Shown in pieces: positions 36,922 to 46,928 of a stretch of DNA of 64,000 nucleotides (position 1 is its first letter; each line of letters opens with the position of its first letter). The notes under the pieces are model-generated. The model did no database searches, was not told the origin of the DNA, and saw only the letters and a list, made by a program, of their open reading frames with translations. The translations under genes and the position numbers were made by a program. The stretch covers positions 1-64,000 of IMG/VR virus record IMGVR_UViG_3300012953_003264; one strand, 5' to 3'. The DNA comes from a virus (Duplodnaviria > Caudoviricetes).

Positions 36922-37777
36922 TTGAATTGTCCTTTAAGTCTTTATACTTATTATTTATAAGAGCATTACTCTCATCTACATTATTTTCTTGCATATTTTC
37001 TAGCATGTTTTCTGCTAAAAAATCGTCTGTAATACCAATATGTCCCATTTTTTCTTTAGTATCTGGATCCACATAACCTATTTTCATATCATTTATTGCC
37101 TTGTCAGTTAATAATCCCATACCTGTGCCTACTCTTGCTGTATAATTACTTGTCAATTGTAGTGTTTCTTTTATCTCTTTTGGTCCTAACATTGCAATAG
37201 CATCCATATTACCAGTACCTATTCTACCATAGGCCAACATTTCCATACTCGCTTGTTTAGCTAATCTTGTAATCCAATGTTGTTTTTCTAATTCTTCTTC
37301 TAACTCTTTATTACCAAAAACATCCATCAACTTTGTGCCATTTGGTAAAGTACCTTGAGGACCTTCACATAACTCTCTAATCAATTCTAGTATTGAGTCT
37401 TTTTCTCTTAATGCAACAATAAGAGAATCTTCGTGTCTTTTTTTATCTTTTACAATATTTAATAAGTCTATTTCAATATATTGTTTTTCAATATCATTTG
37501 TAGATTGAGCAAGCTTTTCTCTCTCAACCATTTCTTCTAATTCTTTTCTTTTAATTTCCCATTGAATATGTAAATAAGAATCTTGTCTTATTTTTAATTC
37601 TAAAAACAATTGTTTTAGTTTGTGAAAGGGTGTAATTAGTGAACCACCAACAAAGTATTTTAATTTAAATTTAGGTACTCCGCCGTCAACTTTGTGGTTA
37701 GCAAATTCAATTAAATCGGTATCAGTCATATTTTCTAGGACTACACCATCATCTTTTTTATTCATTTCATTCTCCAT
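36914..37777 (-). CDS. Conserved coiled-coil protein of the fibre module
   Basis: WITRLAKQASMEMLAYGRIGTGNMDAI; heptads. Confidence 0.65.
   Translation of the reverse strand: MENEMNKKDDGVVLENMTDTDLIEFANHKVDGGVPKFKLKYFVGGSLITPFHKLKQLFLELKIRQDSYLHIQWEIKRKELEEMVEREKLAQSTNDIEKQYIEIDLLNIVKDKKRHEDSLIVALREKDSILELIRELCEGPQGTLPNGTKLMDVFGNKELEEELEKQHWITRLAKQASMEMLAYGRIGTGNMDAIAMLGPKEIKETLQLTSNYTARVGTGMGLLTDKAINDMKIGYVDPDTKEKMGHIGITDDFLAENMLENMQENNVDESNALINNKYKDLKDNSNG
36952..36959 (-). promoter_or_regulatory. T4 late promoter upstream of 36921
   Basis: Exact TATAAATA. Confidence 0.65.
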
Positions 37778-37802
37778 TTATACTATAGTATAATATATTT
37801 AT

Positions 37803-39191
37803 CTATGTTCTCCAGCCGCAATGTCCTGAAGATTGACCAGCGTTTGCTGTAGGTTGTAAACCACTATGGTCTGTTCTTGTATCTGTATGATAATATTGTT
37901 GCCATGTTCCGTTATTTTGAGAACCATCAAAATTACCAAGCATGTAACCCCAATCTTGTCCTAGTGTAAAGTTTTCTTCTCCACAATTTGCACGATATTT
38001 TGAAAAAGTACCTGTGTTACTATCGTTAGTTAAATTCCATCTTCGTAAGTTATATCCACCATTGTAAGTACCTTCATTACCACAATAACCTAATCTAATT
38101 TTAGTTGGCATACCTTTTTGTTGTCCGTGAGCAGACCAATGAGTTGTACCTGAAGTAGAAAAAGTTTGGTGATTTACTTTGAAACCACTACCATCTCCCC
38201 AATGATACCCTTGGTCTTTATCAGAAAATGCCGAGTTGGTACTACCACCACCTCTTATGTCACCAGAATTATCTGATTGTCTTGCCTCTGTAGCAAGATT
38301 AAATACTTCCATATTACTTCTATCACCACCACCATGAAATGATAAAAATGTTTCTTTGAATGATGTACCTGAGTCGTTTCTATCACTATAGGTATTAAAT
38401 GTACTATTATGTGATTTACTTGTTTCGGTGTACATGTGAAAACCAGATGTTCTGGAACTAGGTGTAAAATGACTATTATCTGACGGTGTTGACCATAAGA
38501 AAAAAGTAGTATCACTACAAGCGCCAGAAATATAAGAACCTGGGTGGTCCATTTGAATACCTAAATTTGTAGTTTGGTGTGTAGCACAATTTGTTCTATG
38601 AATTTGTCTCCAAGGTGAGCCGTTTCTATAACCACCACCTGTGTAAGCGACATTAATTATCTGTCTAAATTTCCATTGAGCAGCTCTTGATGTTGAATCT
38701 CTGTAACCTTGACTGTTTGCACCACCATAACCGGATGTTCCTACATAGCCACCTGCTTGCATTAATGTAGAAATTTCGTTACCTGTAAAAAAAGGAGTAA
38801 AATAAGGATATTTACCTTGATTGTATCTATTGTCGCCGTAAATTCTTAATGCGTTTGCACCTCTACTACTAATGCTGACATCTTCACCAACGACACCACC
38901 ACCAAAAATTTCACTATTTCCATTAACTGTACCACTACCAAAAGTTGGATGATTAACTGTACCAGACCCGCCACCTGAAGCCAGGTCTCTGTAAGTAGAA
39001 TTGAAAACACCACGCATAACTTGGTCCATGGTACGAATACCATAGTTTCTCGCATATGAATCGTCATATGTGTTTGCTCTGTTAGATGTACTGCTTCCGG
39101 AAGGACCAGCGTCATGTATAGTTTCTGTAGTACCTATTTCAGAATTATTTTGCCGTCTTCCGAGCCTTCTACCTATAATTGGTCCAGACAT
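37803..39191 (-). CDS. Gly/Ser/Asn-rich virion protein, putative receptor-binding (propeller-like repeats)
   Basis: Repeated short beta motifs (GYTGGGY, YHWG, GYCG, GYMLG). Confidence 0.6.
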   Translation of the reverse strand: MSGPIIGRRLGRRQNNSEIGTTETIHDAGPSGSSTSNRANTYDDSYARNYGIRTMDQVMRGVFNSTYRDLASGGGSGTVNHPTFGSGTVNGNSEIFGGGVVGEDVSISSRGANALRIYGDNRYNQGKYPYFTPFFTGNEISTLMQAGGYVGTSGYGGANSQGYRDSTSRAAQWKFRQIINVAYTGGGYRNGSPWRQIHRTNCATHQTTNLGIQMDHPGSYISGACSDTTFFLWSTPSDNSHFTPSSRTSGFHMYTETSKSHNSTFNTYSDRNDSGTSFKETFLSFHGGGDRSNMEVFNLATEARQSDNSGDIRGGGSTNSAFSDKDQGYHWGDGSGFKVNHQTFSTSGTTHWSAHGQQKGMPTKIRLGYCGNEGTYNGGYNLRRWNLTNDSNTGTFSKYRANCGEENFTLGQDWGYMLGNFDGSQNNGTWQQYYHTDTRTDHSGLQPTANAGQSSGHCGWRT

Positions 39192-39207
39192 TTAATTTCC
39201 TTATCTA

Positions 39208-39567
39208 TTAACTAATTTCTTCGTAAGAAATCACATAGTCTAATCTACTATTAGTAGCTGCACCACCTCTAACGGAATCACCTTCTTCAAGATAGAATGA
39301 TGAGTTTTTATCTGTTACGATAACAACCGTATTTGCTGGGCAGTTAACATTGTAAGCTATAAACCTGTCAGTTGAACCGTTATAAAAACTAAATCTGAAT
39401 GTTGTATCTGTTCCAGCTTTGTTGGTACATACAAGAGAATTTATTTTGTATATTTTACCAGAAGCGGCTGAGTTAGTTACAAGAGAAGTAGTATAAGTGG
39501 TGTTCAATTCACCAGAGTCAGTCTTACCATTAATAGTTGCGACACTTACTATATTTGGATTTGCCAT
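39208..39567 (-). CDS. About 119-aa beta-sandwich fibre-associated protein
   Basis: Paralog of 43401-43748. Confidence 0.6.
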   Translation of the reverse strand: MANPNIVSVATINGKTDSGELNTTYTTSLVTNSAASGKIYKINSLVCTNKAGTDTTFRFSFYNGSTDRFIAYNVNCPANTVVIVTDKNSSFYLEEGDSVRGGAATNSRLDYVISYEEIS

Positions 39568-39598
39568 TTTTTATCCTCTTTTCCTTTTCTTAATTTAT

Positions 39599-42500
39599 TT
39601 ATCCAAAGACGATTGACATTGCAATCGCTTTACCAGTTGAGAACGAATTAGCAAGTACAAATGTTCTTACCGCCTGTTCTGTTGGTACTGCAACATCTGA
39701 ATTACCTGATAGGGTTCCATCTGTTGAGAACTCGTTAATTGTGGCACCGATTTGGGCACCAATAGAACCAAGTTGTAACTCGGTCAATCCTGAAAGGTCA
39801 AAGGCGTCTGCGTTTAGTGTTGCAACACCTGTTGACTGCTCAACTCTAAATAAATCACCAACTCTAAAGTCACCATCTTGGTCAGTAGAAGTCCAATAAA
39901 CTCTACCACCGTTTAGCTCAGTAACCTCTCTACCTTGGTCTGCAAGCTGAGAAGGTACATTTGGATAATTCGTTGAAGTTAAGTCACCTGTTCCTATATC
40001 TAGGAAGTCGTGACCAGTTAATCTTATATTTGAGAAATTAGCAGTAATAGTTATAGCCGCATTATCAGCTACAGCTACTGTTTTCTCTGGAGTTAATCTT
40101 ATAGTAGCTCTTTGGTTTGTTGTATCTTCATCTGTAACCGCCGTAACTGCATATATCGTACTATCTCCAGCAAATTTAATATTTCTACCTGGTACAATTT
40201 TACCTGCTGTGCCTAATGTACCATCACTTGAATCAACTCTGAATAATTTACCAATTTGGCCTTGGTTAGCAGCCACACTATCACCAAATCCTGATGTTAA
40301 AGCGTTAGTAAAGAATGTTGAGTCAGTATTCTCAATTTGTATTGTTTCGTTTTGTGAGAAGTTACCGACAGGAGTATCTATTTGAATAAATTTTTTATCT
40401 GCAACATGCCCAATAACAGTAGCATAAGCGTTAGATGTTTGACCTCTTACTACATCTCCAATATCTATTGTTTGACCTGAAGTTAAGTTAGTAGAGTATT
40501 GTAACATCTGTCCTCTTGCTGTTACTGCTACAACTGTTTCATCTGGATCCGTACCATCTGCATAGGCACCATATTCTCCGTATGCCATTGATGAGTTAAG
40601 AGCTCTAATGAAACCACCTGATTCTGCAAAGAAAGCTTTGTCATTGTAATATGTAAATACTGATACTAATTCTGCACGACCTCTATTCAATACATGGACA
40701 CCTCGTCCATCATTAATTATTTGCGTAAAGTCATTTGCAAGAATTGATTTGTTACCACTTGCTTGAACATCACCATCAATTTTAATACCTGTTACAACTG
40801 CTGAAGTATGGACATTTGTACAGTTTTGAATATAAGGTGAAGCACTTGAAATTGCACCACTTGGGTCTAATGACATAATTACTGCGCCGTTAGAACCACC
40901 TTTAAATGAGAAGTTTCTAATGTTCGTTGCGTTATTTAAATGGAAGAAGTTACAAGATGAGTTAGCTTGTTGAGTTGCAACTGTTATTTCGTAAGCAGCT
41001 GACGGACTTCCCATTGTGTTAGTAGCAAATTGTAATACTTGATTTACTCTGTAATTGTGACCACCATGATATAATGTAACACTTGGGTTTGATGAACCGT
41101 CTGTAGTTACATCAAATATTGCACCTGACCCTAATTTAGGATAAGTTTTTTCACCTGTAGCACATGAGTATTTAATATCTTTTAAACCAACTGTATCACT
41201 CGCTGATAATCCGTGAGCAGAAGCAGTTGTAATTGTTACAACACCAGTTGTTCCGTTATAAGGAGCATTTGTAATGTTGATTGCTGTTCCGTCTGTTTTA
41301 ACAATTTGACCACCACTTACATAAGTGTGTGCAATAGGACTTACTCCTAATGATACTGTTAAAGTCGTAGCGTCTGGAGCAGAAGCAACTGTATAGTTTT
41401 GATATAGTGTTGTTGGTTTTAATCTGTTAAATGTTCCTGGAGTACCACCTGTACCACCTGTTTTATGTGATACTGTAGCAATCTCACGACCTTTGAAGTT
41501 ACCTGTATCATTTTGGAAAGGTTTAACTACACAACCTCTTAATGAAGCACCTTCTAATGTCGCTTTATTTGGAACAATAATAGGGAATATTTCTTGATAT
41601 TGGCCTTGATGAACAAATACTTTATCACCTTCAGAAATATTTTCTACTTTAAATGTAATGTCAGCTGTTGAAGTACCTACATTTGCTTTTGCAATTGTAA
41701 TTGTATTACCTTTTGCAAAACCTGTACCTGAATTTACAATAGTAATTTGAGGTGTAGATGAACCGTCAGTTGTAACATTAAAAGTTGCAAGCGAACCTGA
41801 ACCACCTGTTCCTGAAACATTATTAAATGTTCCTGGTGTTCCGCCAGTACCACCTGCTATTGTATCTATTTGTGTAATACCATTTGAATTACATAATTCT
41901 AATGCGTGTCTAATTGTTGCTAAAGGTAAATCTTCAGAACCTGGATTTTCATCATTACCATTTGGAGCAACATGATAAGTATTGTTTATATTTACTTCAG
42001 AATAAACTAAATCTGTTCCTGTTGAAACTAATCTTGCACCTTTTGGTCCTAATGGAAATCTTTCAGGTATTGAAACACCTTGTTTAACTAGGTCGCCTCT
42101 TTGAGTAAATACACCTGAAGCGTCACCTTTGTTATATAATTCCCATACTGCGTTTGAAGCTAAATTTGTGGGACTTGTTCCGTTGGCAGCTCTATCTACT
42201 TTTGCTCTGTAAGATGAATTTAAGAAAATTACTACTTCACCAATTTTATATGCTGTTCCTGTTGCGAAATCACCTTGTAGTGATATACCTTCAACAAGTA
42301 AATCGTAGTATGTGGTGTTAGTTGGCAGATACGCACCAGCACTATGACCTACTTTACAAACATATGTATTACCACCGTACTGGACAACTTCACCAGTTTT
42401 GTAAGCAGTACCAGACGAGTAAACGCCTTTCATACTGAAACCTGTAGTAATTACTTCCCAATCTGCACCTGAATCTATCGGTGTTTGACCTATATTGGCT

Positions 42501-42934
42501 CTTTCTGCAACATATTGGTATCCACCATATGTTACAATATCACCTTTTTGATAATTTGTACCACTTGCCCATGAATCCTCAAATTCAAGACCTGGTAAAA
42601 ACTCTGCGAATTTTGTTGTATCTAAAACTGCTGAACTTGAAGTATGAGCAGTTGTACATCTCCATAAACTAGGACCATATTTTACTATGTCATCTACTTT
42701 ATAGAATGTTGCGTTTGCGTAATCGGTCTTGTAGTCAATACCACCGACCATTTTTTGCCATTTTGTTGGGTTGGCTGATAAATCTGTTTCAAAAGCTGAA
42801 GATGAGGTATGGTTTACTACTGCTATAAAAGCATTTCCACCGTATTTGACAACATCATCTGCGAGGTAGGCAGTTGAACCTGACCAATCGCCTTTCCATA
42901 CAAATTTTATTCTCCCTAATACGAAATCTGCCAT
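39599..42934 (-). CDS. Long modular tail fibre/spike
   Basis: N-terminal W.G.W....Y..DD.V.YGG repeats, YHVAPNGND..PGS motif, beta-helix-like region, C-terminal GKAIAMSIVFG. Confidence 0.8.
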   Translation of the reverse strand: MADFVLGRIKFVWKGDWSGSTAYLADDVVKYGGNAFIAVVNHTSSSAFETDLSANPTKWQKMVGGIDYKTDYANATFYKVDDIVKYGPSLWRCTTAHTSSSAVLDTTKFAEFLPGLEFEDSWASGTNYQKGDIVTYGGYQYVAERANIGQTPIDSGADWEVITTGFSMKGVYSSGTAYKTGEVVQYGGNTYVCKVGHSAGAYLPTNTTYYDLLVEGISLQGDFATGTAYKIGEVVIFLNSSYRAKVDRAANGTSPTNLASNAVWELYNKGDASGVFTQRGDLVKQGVSIPERFPLGPKGARLVSTGTDLVYSEVNINNTYHVAPNGNDENPGSEDLPLATIRHALELCNSNGITQIDTIAGGTGGTPGTFNNVSGTGGSGSLATFNVTTDGSSTPQITIVNSGTGFAKGNTITIAKANVGTSTADITFKVENISEGDKVFVHQGQYQEIFPIIVPNKATLEGASLRGCVVKPFQNDTGNFKGREIATVSHKTGGTGGTPGTFNRLKPTTLYQNYTVASAPDATTLTVSLGVSPIAHTYVSGGQIVKTDGTAINITNAPYNGTTGVVTITTASAHGLSASDTVGLKDIKYSCATGEKTYPKLGSGAIFDVTTDGSSNPSVTLYHGGHNYRVNQVLQFATNTMGSPSAAYEITVATQQANSSCNFFHLNNATNIRNFSFKGGSNGAVIMSLDPSGAISSASPYIQNCTNVHTSAVVTGIKIDGDVQASGNKSILANDFTQIINDGRGVHVLNRGRAELVSVFTYYNDKAFFAESGGFIRALNSSMAYGEYGAYADGTDPDETVVAVTARGQMLQYSTNLTSGQTIDIGDVVRGQTSNAYATVIGHVADKKFIQIDTPVGNFSQNETIQIENTDSTFFTNALTSGFGDSVAANQGQIGKLFRVDSSDGTLGTAGKIVPGRNIKFAGDSTIYAVTAVTDEDTTNQRATIRLTPEKTVAVADNAAITITANFSNIRLTGHDFLDIGTGDLTSTNYPNVPSQLADQGREVTELNGGRVYWTSTDQDGDFRVGDLFRVEQSTGVATLNADAFDLSGLTELQLGSIGAQIGATINEFSTDGTLSGNSDVAVPTEQAVRTFVLANSFSTGKAIAMSIVFG

Positions 42935-42946
42935 TTGTTATCCTAA

Positions 42947-43363
42947 TTAAGTTGTATAATTCCTTGTGTTGCCAGTTGACCCCACATTATAAGTAAAATC
43001 TGAAAAGTATCTTGCTACCAAAAAACCGTCAGAGTTTACAAAGTAAGTTAGTTTTACATTATCAAATCTTGCACCGTCATATGCTCTAGTACCAGGCGTT
43101 CTACCATCACTTAATTGTGTAGTATTATCACTTCTATGTGTAGCATTCGCCGTACCAGCATTGACATCATCAATACCGTTATAAGGTATTCCAAAATCTG
43201 CTAAACTTACACTAGCGCTTGGGTCGTTAATGTATGTCTTTGTGTAAGTTAAGTTGCCTTCGTTAGTAGTACCGACATTTCTATCTACTTTCAGACCATG
43301 GAATGCTGATTCATCTGAACTAAAGATTCCTGTTCCTGTACTCTTTGCTACTAAATATGACAC
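42947..43363 (-). CDS. Fibre-module structural protein
   Basis: GTG start with AAGGAG SD; late promoter upstream. Confidence 0.6.
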   Translation of the reverse strand: MSYLVAKSTGTGIFSSDESAFHGLKVDRNVGTTNEGNLTYTKTYINDPSASVSLADFGIPYNGIDDVNAGTANATHRSDNTTQLSDGRTPGTRAYDGARFDNVKLTYFVNSDGFLVARYFSDFTYNVGSTGNTRNYTT

Positions 43364-43384
43364 TTAAACTTACTCCTTAACATA

Positions 43385-43392
43385 TATTTATA
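43385..43392 (-). promoter_or_regulatory. T4 late promoter
   Basis: Exact TATAAATA. Confidence 0.75.
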
Positions 43393-43400
43393 ATAGTTTA

Positions 43401-43748
43401 TTATGTAACTTCCAAAATAGCTGCAACTGCCTCAATATCTGGTGTTGATGAGTCAGGATTTAATTCTGCGACTATTCTTAATATATCATTACTTTCCATA
43501 TTAATAGGTTTATCAATCATTAATGTATTTTCTGGTTCAATTTTTAATGACTTACCTATATGAAAAAATGTAGAACCACCGTCAGTTGTTACCTTGACAT
43601 CTACATTTCCGTAATTTGTTTTACTCTTATTAGAGATGAATAATGCGTGTATAACGGCAGAGGCACTACCAGGAACCGTGTATAAATTAGCAGCTGAACT
43701 ATCAACTACACCAACTGATTTACCTGCGTTTTTAAATGCACTAGCCAT
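43401..43748 (-). CDS. About 115-aa beta-sandwich fibre-associated protein
   Basis: LYTVP..ASAVIHALFISN...LMIDKPINMESND; paralog of 39208-39567. Confidence 0.6.
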   Translation of the reverse strand: MASAFKNAGKSVGVVDSSAANLYTVPGSASAVIHALFISNKSKTNYGNVDVKVTTDGGSTFFHIGKSLKIEPENTLMIDKPINMESNDILRIVAELNPDSSTPDIEAVAAILEVT

Positions 43749-43750
43749 GA

Positions 43751-44131
43751 TTAACTACCAAAGACAATAGCAAATGCTAAAGCGTCTCCCTCTGTAGCCA
43801 AAGCACCTGAAGCGTTTGGCAATGTTAATGTTCTATCAGCAGTTGGTTCTGTAGCAGTTAAAAATGTTTCATATGCGTTTTCTAAAGCACCTTCAAACAC
43901 TAATCTTGAACCGTTTAGAATGATATCTTGGTTTGTGATATTACCATTTGAAGTAACATCATTCAAGATAACCGAACCAGCACCACCAACTTCTTTTACC
44001 GTACCGCCTGTTGTTTTAGTAAAAAATTTACCGTCAGCGATATTAAGAGCTAATTCACCTGCTTGTAAATCACTAGCAGATGGTATAGATAATGCTGTTT
44101 CACTTCTTTTTAATTTTATTACAGCTGCCAT
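43751..44131 (-). CDS. Short fibre protein with Mtd_N-like N-terminus
   Basis: IKLKRSET...P....L..GELALN.ADGK; C-terminal ALAFAIVFGS. Confidence 0.65.
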   Translation of the reverse strand: MAAVIKLKRSETALSIPSASDLQAGELALNIADGKFFTKTTGGTVKEVGGAGSVILNDVTSNGNITNQDIILNGSRLVFEGALENAYETFLTATEPTADRTLTLPNASGALATEGDALAFAIVFGS

Positions 44132-44340
44132 TATTTAATCTTCTTTTTAATTTGTTTTATTAGTTTATCTTTTGTTAGTCGTCTATCTAATTCAACACCA
44201 ACTTTTCTTCCTAATCTTTCTAATTCTTTTTTAGTTTTCTTTTCTAAACCTTTTACATCAATCTCATCTTTCTTTTTTAAGACTAATGGTTTCATATAAG
44301 GTTTTACAATCCAACTTTTAATTTTTTTCCAAATATGCAT
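44131..44340 (-). CDS. Small basic protein (possible HeH/Rho-N-like helical motif)
   Basis: TKKELERLGRKVGVELDRRLTKDKLIKQI. Confidence 0.5.
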   Translation of the reverse strand: MHIWKKIKSWIVKPYMKPLVLKKKDEIDVKGLEKKTKKELERLGRKVGVELDRRLTKDKLIKQIKKKIK

Positions 44341-46049
44341 TAATAGGATCCTCCGTCAATACCTGTAACAGTTACATCTCCACTTGTTACAGTAAAATTA
44401 TCTGAAGCAAATTTAGCCACACCAATGTTTGATGTACTTGCTAATTCACCTTCAATTCTTAAAGTGTTACCACTTGCTACAGTATTAATACCTTCGCCTG
44501 TAATAAACTCCATAGGATTTCCTATCTCAACTGTTCCTTGAGTTGAACTTTCGTCTGCGAATATAAAGTTTTCAATTTTTGCTCCGTCAATGCTTCCCGC
44601 CAACATTGAATTTGTAATACCTAATGCTTTAACTCTTAATGCGTCTGAATTGACCTCAATAGATGAATCGTCAACCTCTGTATTTAAAGTATTTCCTGTT
44701 TTTGATAAAGCTGCACCAGCTACTACTTGCCCAGCACCACTAAATTGTGCTACATCCAAAGCGGTCGTTCCGAAAGTAGGATTGCCTGTGTGAGTGAAAA
44801 CATATCCGTTATCACCATTTGCCGTACCTTCTTCTACGAATACGAAAGCGCCACCTGATAATTCGGCAGGTTGGTCTTCCGGAGTTGCTCTCGTTAATAC
44901 CCAATTTGCTGAACCTGAACCTATAGTTGTTACAACATAGATACCGTTTTGAGCGGCTGTTGTTTGGTCCTTAACTAGAACTCTATCACTTGCTGATAAA
45001 GTTACTCCGTCAATTGCAATTGCAGCTTGAGAGCCTGAATTGGTTAATGTAGCACCTACACCGGCTGTGCCGTTATTGTAGGTTGCTGATAAGTTGGCCG
45101 TTGTTGCAACTCTTGTTGATGGTTTAGTATCTAAACCTTGAGCAACTTGGTCAACATATGCCTTGTTAGCTAATGATTGTGTTGTAAATCCTGCTCTATC
45201 TTCGTAACCTGAAGGAACTATTACCGTGCCTGTGCCGTGTGGCGATAAATTTATATCCTTGTTACTAGCAGTTGTTGAGATTGTTTGAGCATTAATAGTA
45301 ATATCATCAACAACTAAAGAAGTTAATCCTGCGATATCAGTTGTAGTTGCGCCTAATGTTAATACTGAAGAACCTAATGTAGTTGTAGGATTTGCTAGAT
45401 TAGCATTTGAGATAGCTGCACTACCTGATAAGTTTGCATTTGTTAAAGATGTTGCCGTTACAGTTACAGTATTGTCTGTTACTGTTTGAACTAAACCAGC
45501 ACCACCAGCAAATGTTAAAGTTTCAGAGGTATTGTAAGTATCTGTACCTACATCACCTGCTAAATCTATGAATTGGTTTACAGTAGCGAAATCTAAATTT
45601 CCACCACCATCTGTTTTTAAAAATTGGCCTGCTGAACCATCTCCACCTGGAAGTGTGAAAGTTACAGTATTTGCCATTGCGTTAGGAGCTTTTAGTCCTA
45701 CGAAATTTGTACCGTTGTTTGTGCCTTCGTTGATTTTGATTGTACCGCCGGCACTTGCATTGTTACCGACAATCAACTCGTCTATTGCTTTGTTTGAATC
45801 TACTAGAATTGCTGAACCAGCTGTTAGTGTTCCTGCGACATGGTCTAATAACGCCGTAAAATATTTACCACCGATAATATCTATACTATTTGCGTCACCA
45901 TTACCATCAACACCACCTGTTCCTAGATATAATCTATCTCCGCCGTTACCTTGGGTTCCTGAACCGTAAGTATAGGCAGCTTCAGCAAGTTTCAGCGTAC
46001 TCGGTGATGTAGTACCTGAACTTCTTTTTATTTGAATTATTGTTGCCAT
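44340..46049 (-). CDS. Tail fibre protein with Mtd_N-like N-terminus
   Basis: IQIKRSSG...P.TL..AE.AY; RVLVKDQT.AAQNGIY module; C-terminal IDGGSY. Confidence 0.8.
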   Translation of the reverse strand: MATIIQIKRSSGTTSPSTLKLAEAAYTYGSGTQGNGGDRLYLGTGGVDGNGDANSIDIIGGKYFTALLDHVAGTLTAGSAILVDSNKAIDELIVGNNASAGGTIKINEGTNNGTNFVGLKAPNAMANTVTFTLPGGDGSAGQFLKTDGGGNLDFATVNQFIDLAGDVGTDTYNTSETLTFAGGAGLVQTVTDNTVTVTATSLTNANLSGSAAISNANLANPTTTLGSSVLTLGATTTDIAGLTSLVVDDITINAQTISTTASNKDINLSPHGTGTVIVPSGYEDRAGFTTQSLANKAYVDQVAQGLDTKPSTRVATTANLSATYNNGTAGVGATLTNSGSQAAIAIDGVTLSASDRVLVKDQTTAAQNGIYVVTTIGSGSANWVLTRATPEDQPAELSGGAFVFVEEGTANGDNGYVFTHTGNPTFGTTALDVAQFSGAGQVVAGAALSKTGNTLNTEVDDSSIEVNSDALRVKALGITNSMLAGSIDGAKIENFIFADESSTQGTVEIGNPMEFITGEGINTVASGNTLRIEGELASTSNIGVAKFASDNFTVTSGDVTVTGIDGGSY

Positions 46050-46052
46050 TTA

Positions 46053-46301
46053 TTAAAAACTCCCACAATTAAATAACAGCGTACCAGTTGATGTTATAAT
46101 TTCTGTTCTTGTAACAAATTTACCATCACTTGACCTATACTGTAATAAAGCACCATCATCTAAAGTAGTTGTATCAACATCACCTAATAGTTTCAACTGT
46201 AAAGCACTATTAGAAGCTGCTTGAGCTGAGGGCAATGTTACTGATACTTTTTCTGGTCCCGCTGATGTATTAACATTTATTTTTGCTGTAATATCAGGCA
46301 T
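46053..46301 (-). CDS. Small fibre-associated protein
   Basis: L.DVD...L.DGALLQY....KF motif; C-terminal FNCGSF. Confidence 0.6.
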   Translation of the reverse strand: MPDITAKINVNTSAGPEKVSVTLPSAQAASNSALQLKLLGDVDTTTLDDGALLQYRSSDGKFVTRTEIITSTGTLLFNCGSF

Positions 46302-46319
46302 TCTGCTCTCCCTCTCGTA

Positions 46320-46327
46320 TATTTATA
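46320..46327 (-). promoter_or_regulatory. T4 late promoter
   Basis: Exact TATAAATA. Confidence 0.75.
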
Positions 46328-46331
46328 AGAT

Positions 46332-46673
46332 TTATGTCGTTACATTGGGTCTGACATTTACAACACCCTCAATAACCCTTGTAACATTTCCAGTACCAGT
46401 CTGTTCAATTTCTAAATCATAGACATATCTACCGTCATCTAAAGCTGTGGTCTGCGTGGCTGTAAGTGTCAATGCGACAACACCAGTTGTTGCGTCCCCA
46501 GCAATAGTACAAGTAAAATTGGTTCTTGTTCTAGTTGAGCTATAACCTTTTGCCATTTTAGCTCTTGCTGTATAACCTGTGAGGTTAAATGCGTTTCCGT
46601 TAGCGTCTTTAACGGTAACATCTGAACTAAATGTAGCACCTTGGTCTATTGTTAAGTTTGCAATGGCAGCCAT
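46332..46673 (-). CDS. Virion structural protein (BppU-N-like beta-sandwich)
   Basis: NLTIDQGATF, GRYVYDLEI, RVIEG.V.V.P.VT. Confidence 0.65.
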   Translation of the reverse strand: MAAIANLTIDQGATFSSDVTVKDANGNAFNLTGYTARAKMAKGYSSTRTRTNFTCTIAGDATTGVVALTLTATQTTALDDGRYVYDLEIEQTGTGNVTRVIEGVVNVRPNVTT

Positions 46674-46883
46674 CTATTTTGTCTTAATCTCTTTTTTTGC
46701 TTCTTCTTTAAGTAAATCTACTATTTTTTTATTAAAGTGTTCAGTTAATACTTCAATCTTTTCTAACTCTAATGTCAATCTAGTTTTGTTAACTTGTAAT
46801 TCCTGCCTAGAGGTAATATAATTTCTCAATTCAGGACTAAATTTGGAATCGTCATATTCGGTTCCGTCAATTATTATAGCCAT
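46674..46883 (-). CDS. Small coiled-coil protein
   Basis: IIIDGTEYD followed by heptads. Confidence 0.6.
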   Translation of the reverse strand: MAIIIDGTEYDDSKFSPELRNYITSRQELQVNKTRLTLELEKIEVLTEHFNKKIVDLLKEEAKKEIKTK

Positions 46884-46904
46884 AAAAAATACTCCTTTTA
46901 ATAC

Positions 46905-46923
46905 TATTTATACACGATAAATA
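46905..46923. promoter_or_regulatory. Back-to-back late promoters (TATAAATA minus 46905-46912; GATAAATA plus 46916-46923)
   Basis: Located at the strand switch. Confidence 0.65.
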
Positions 46924-46928
46924 GATAT

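Noticed and set aside
43751-46049. Diversity-generating retroelement suggested by Mtd_N-like domains
   Set aside because: No reverse transcriptase or template/variable repeat pair was seen in the window.
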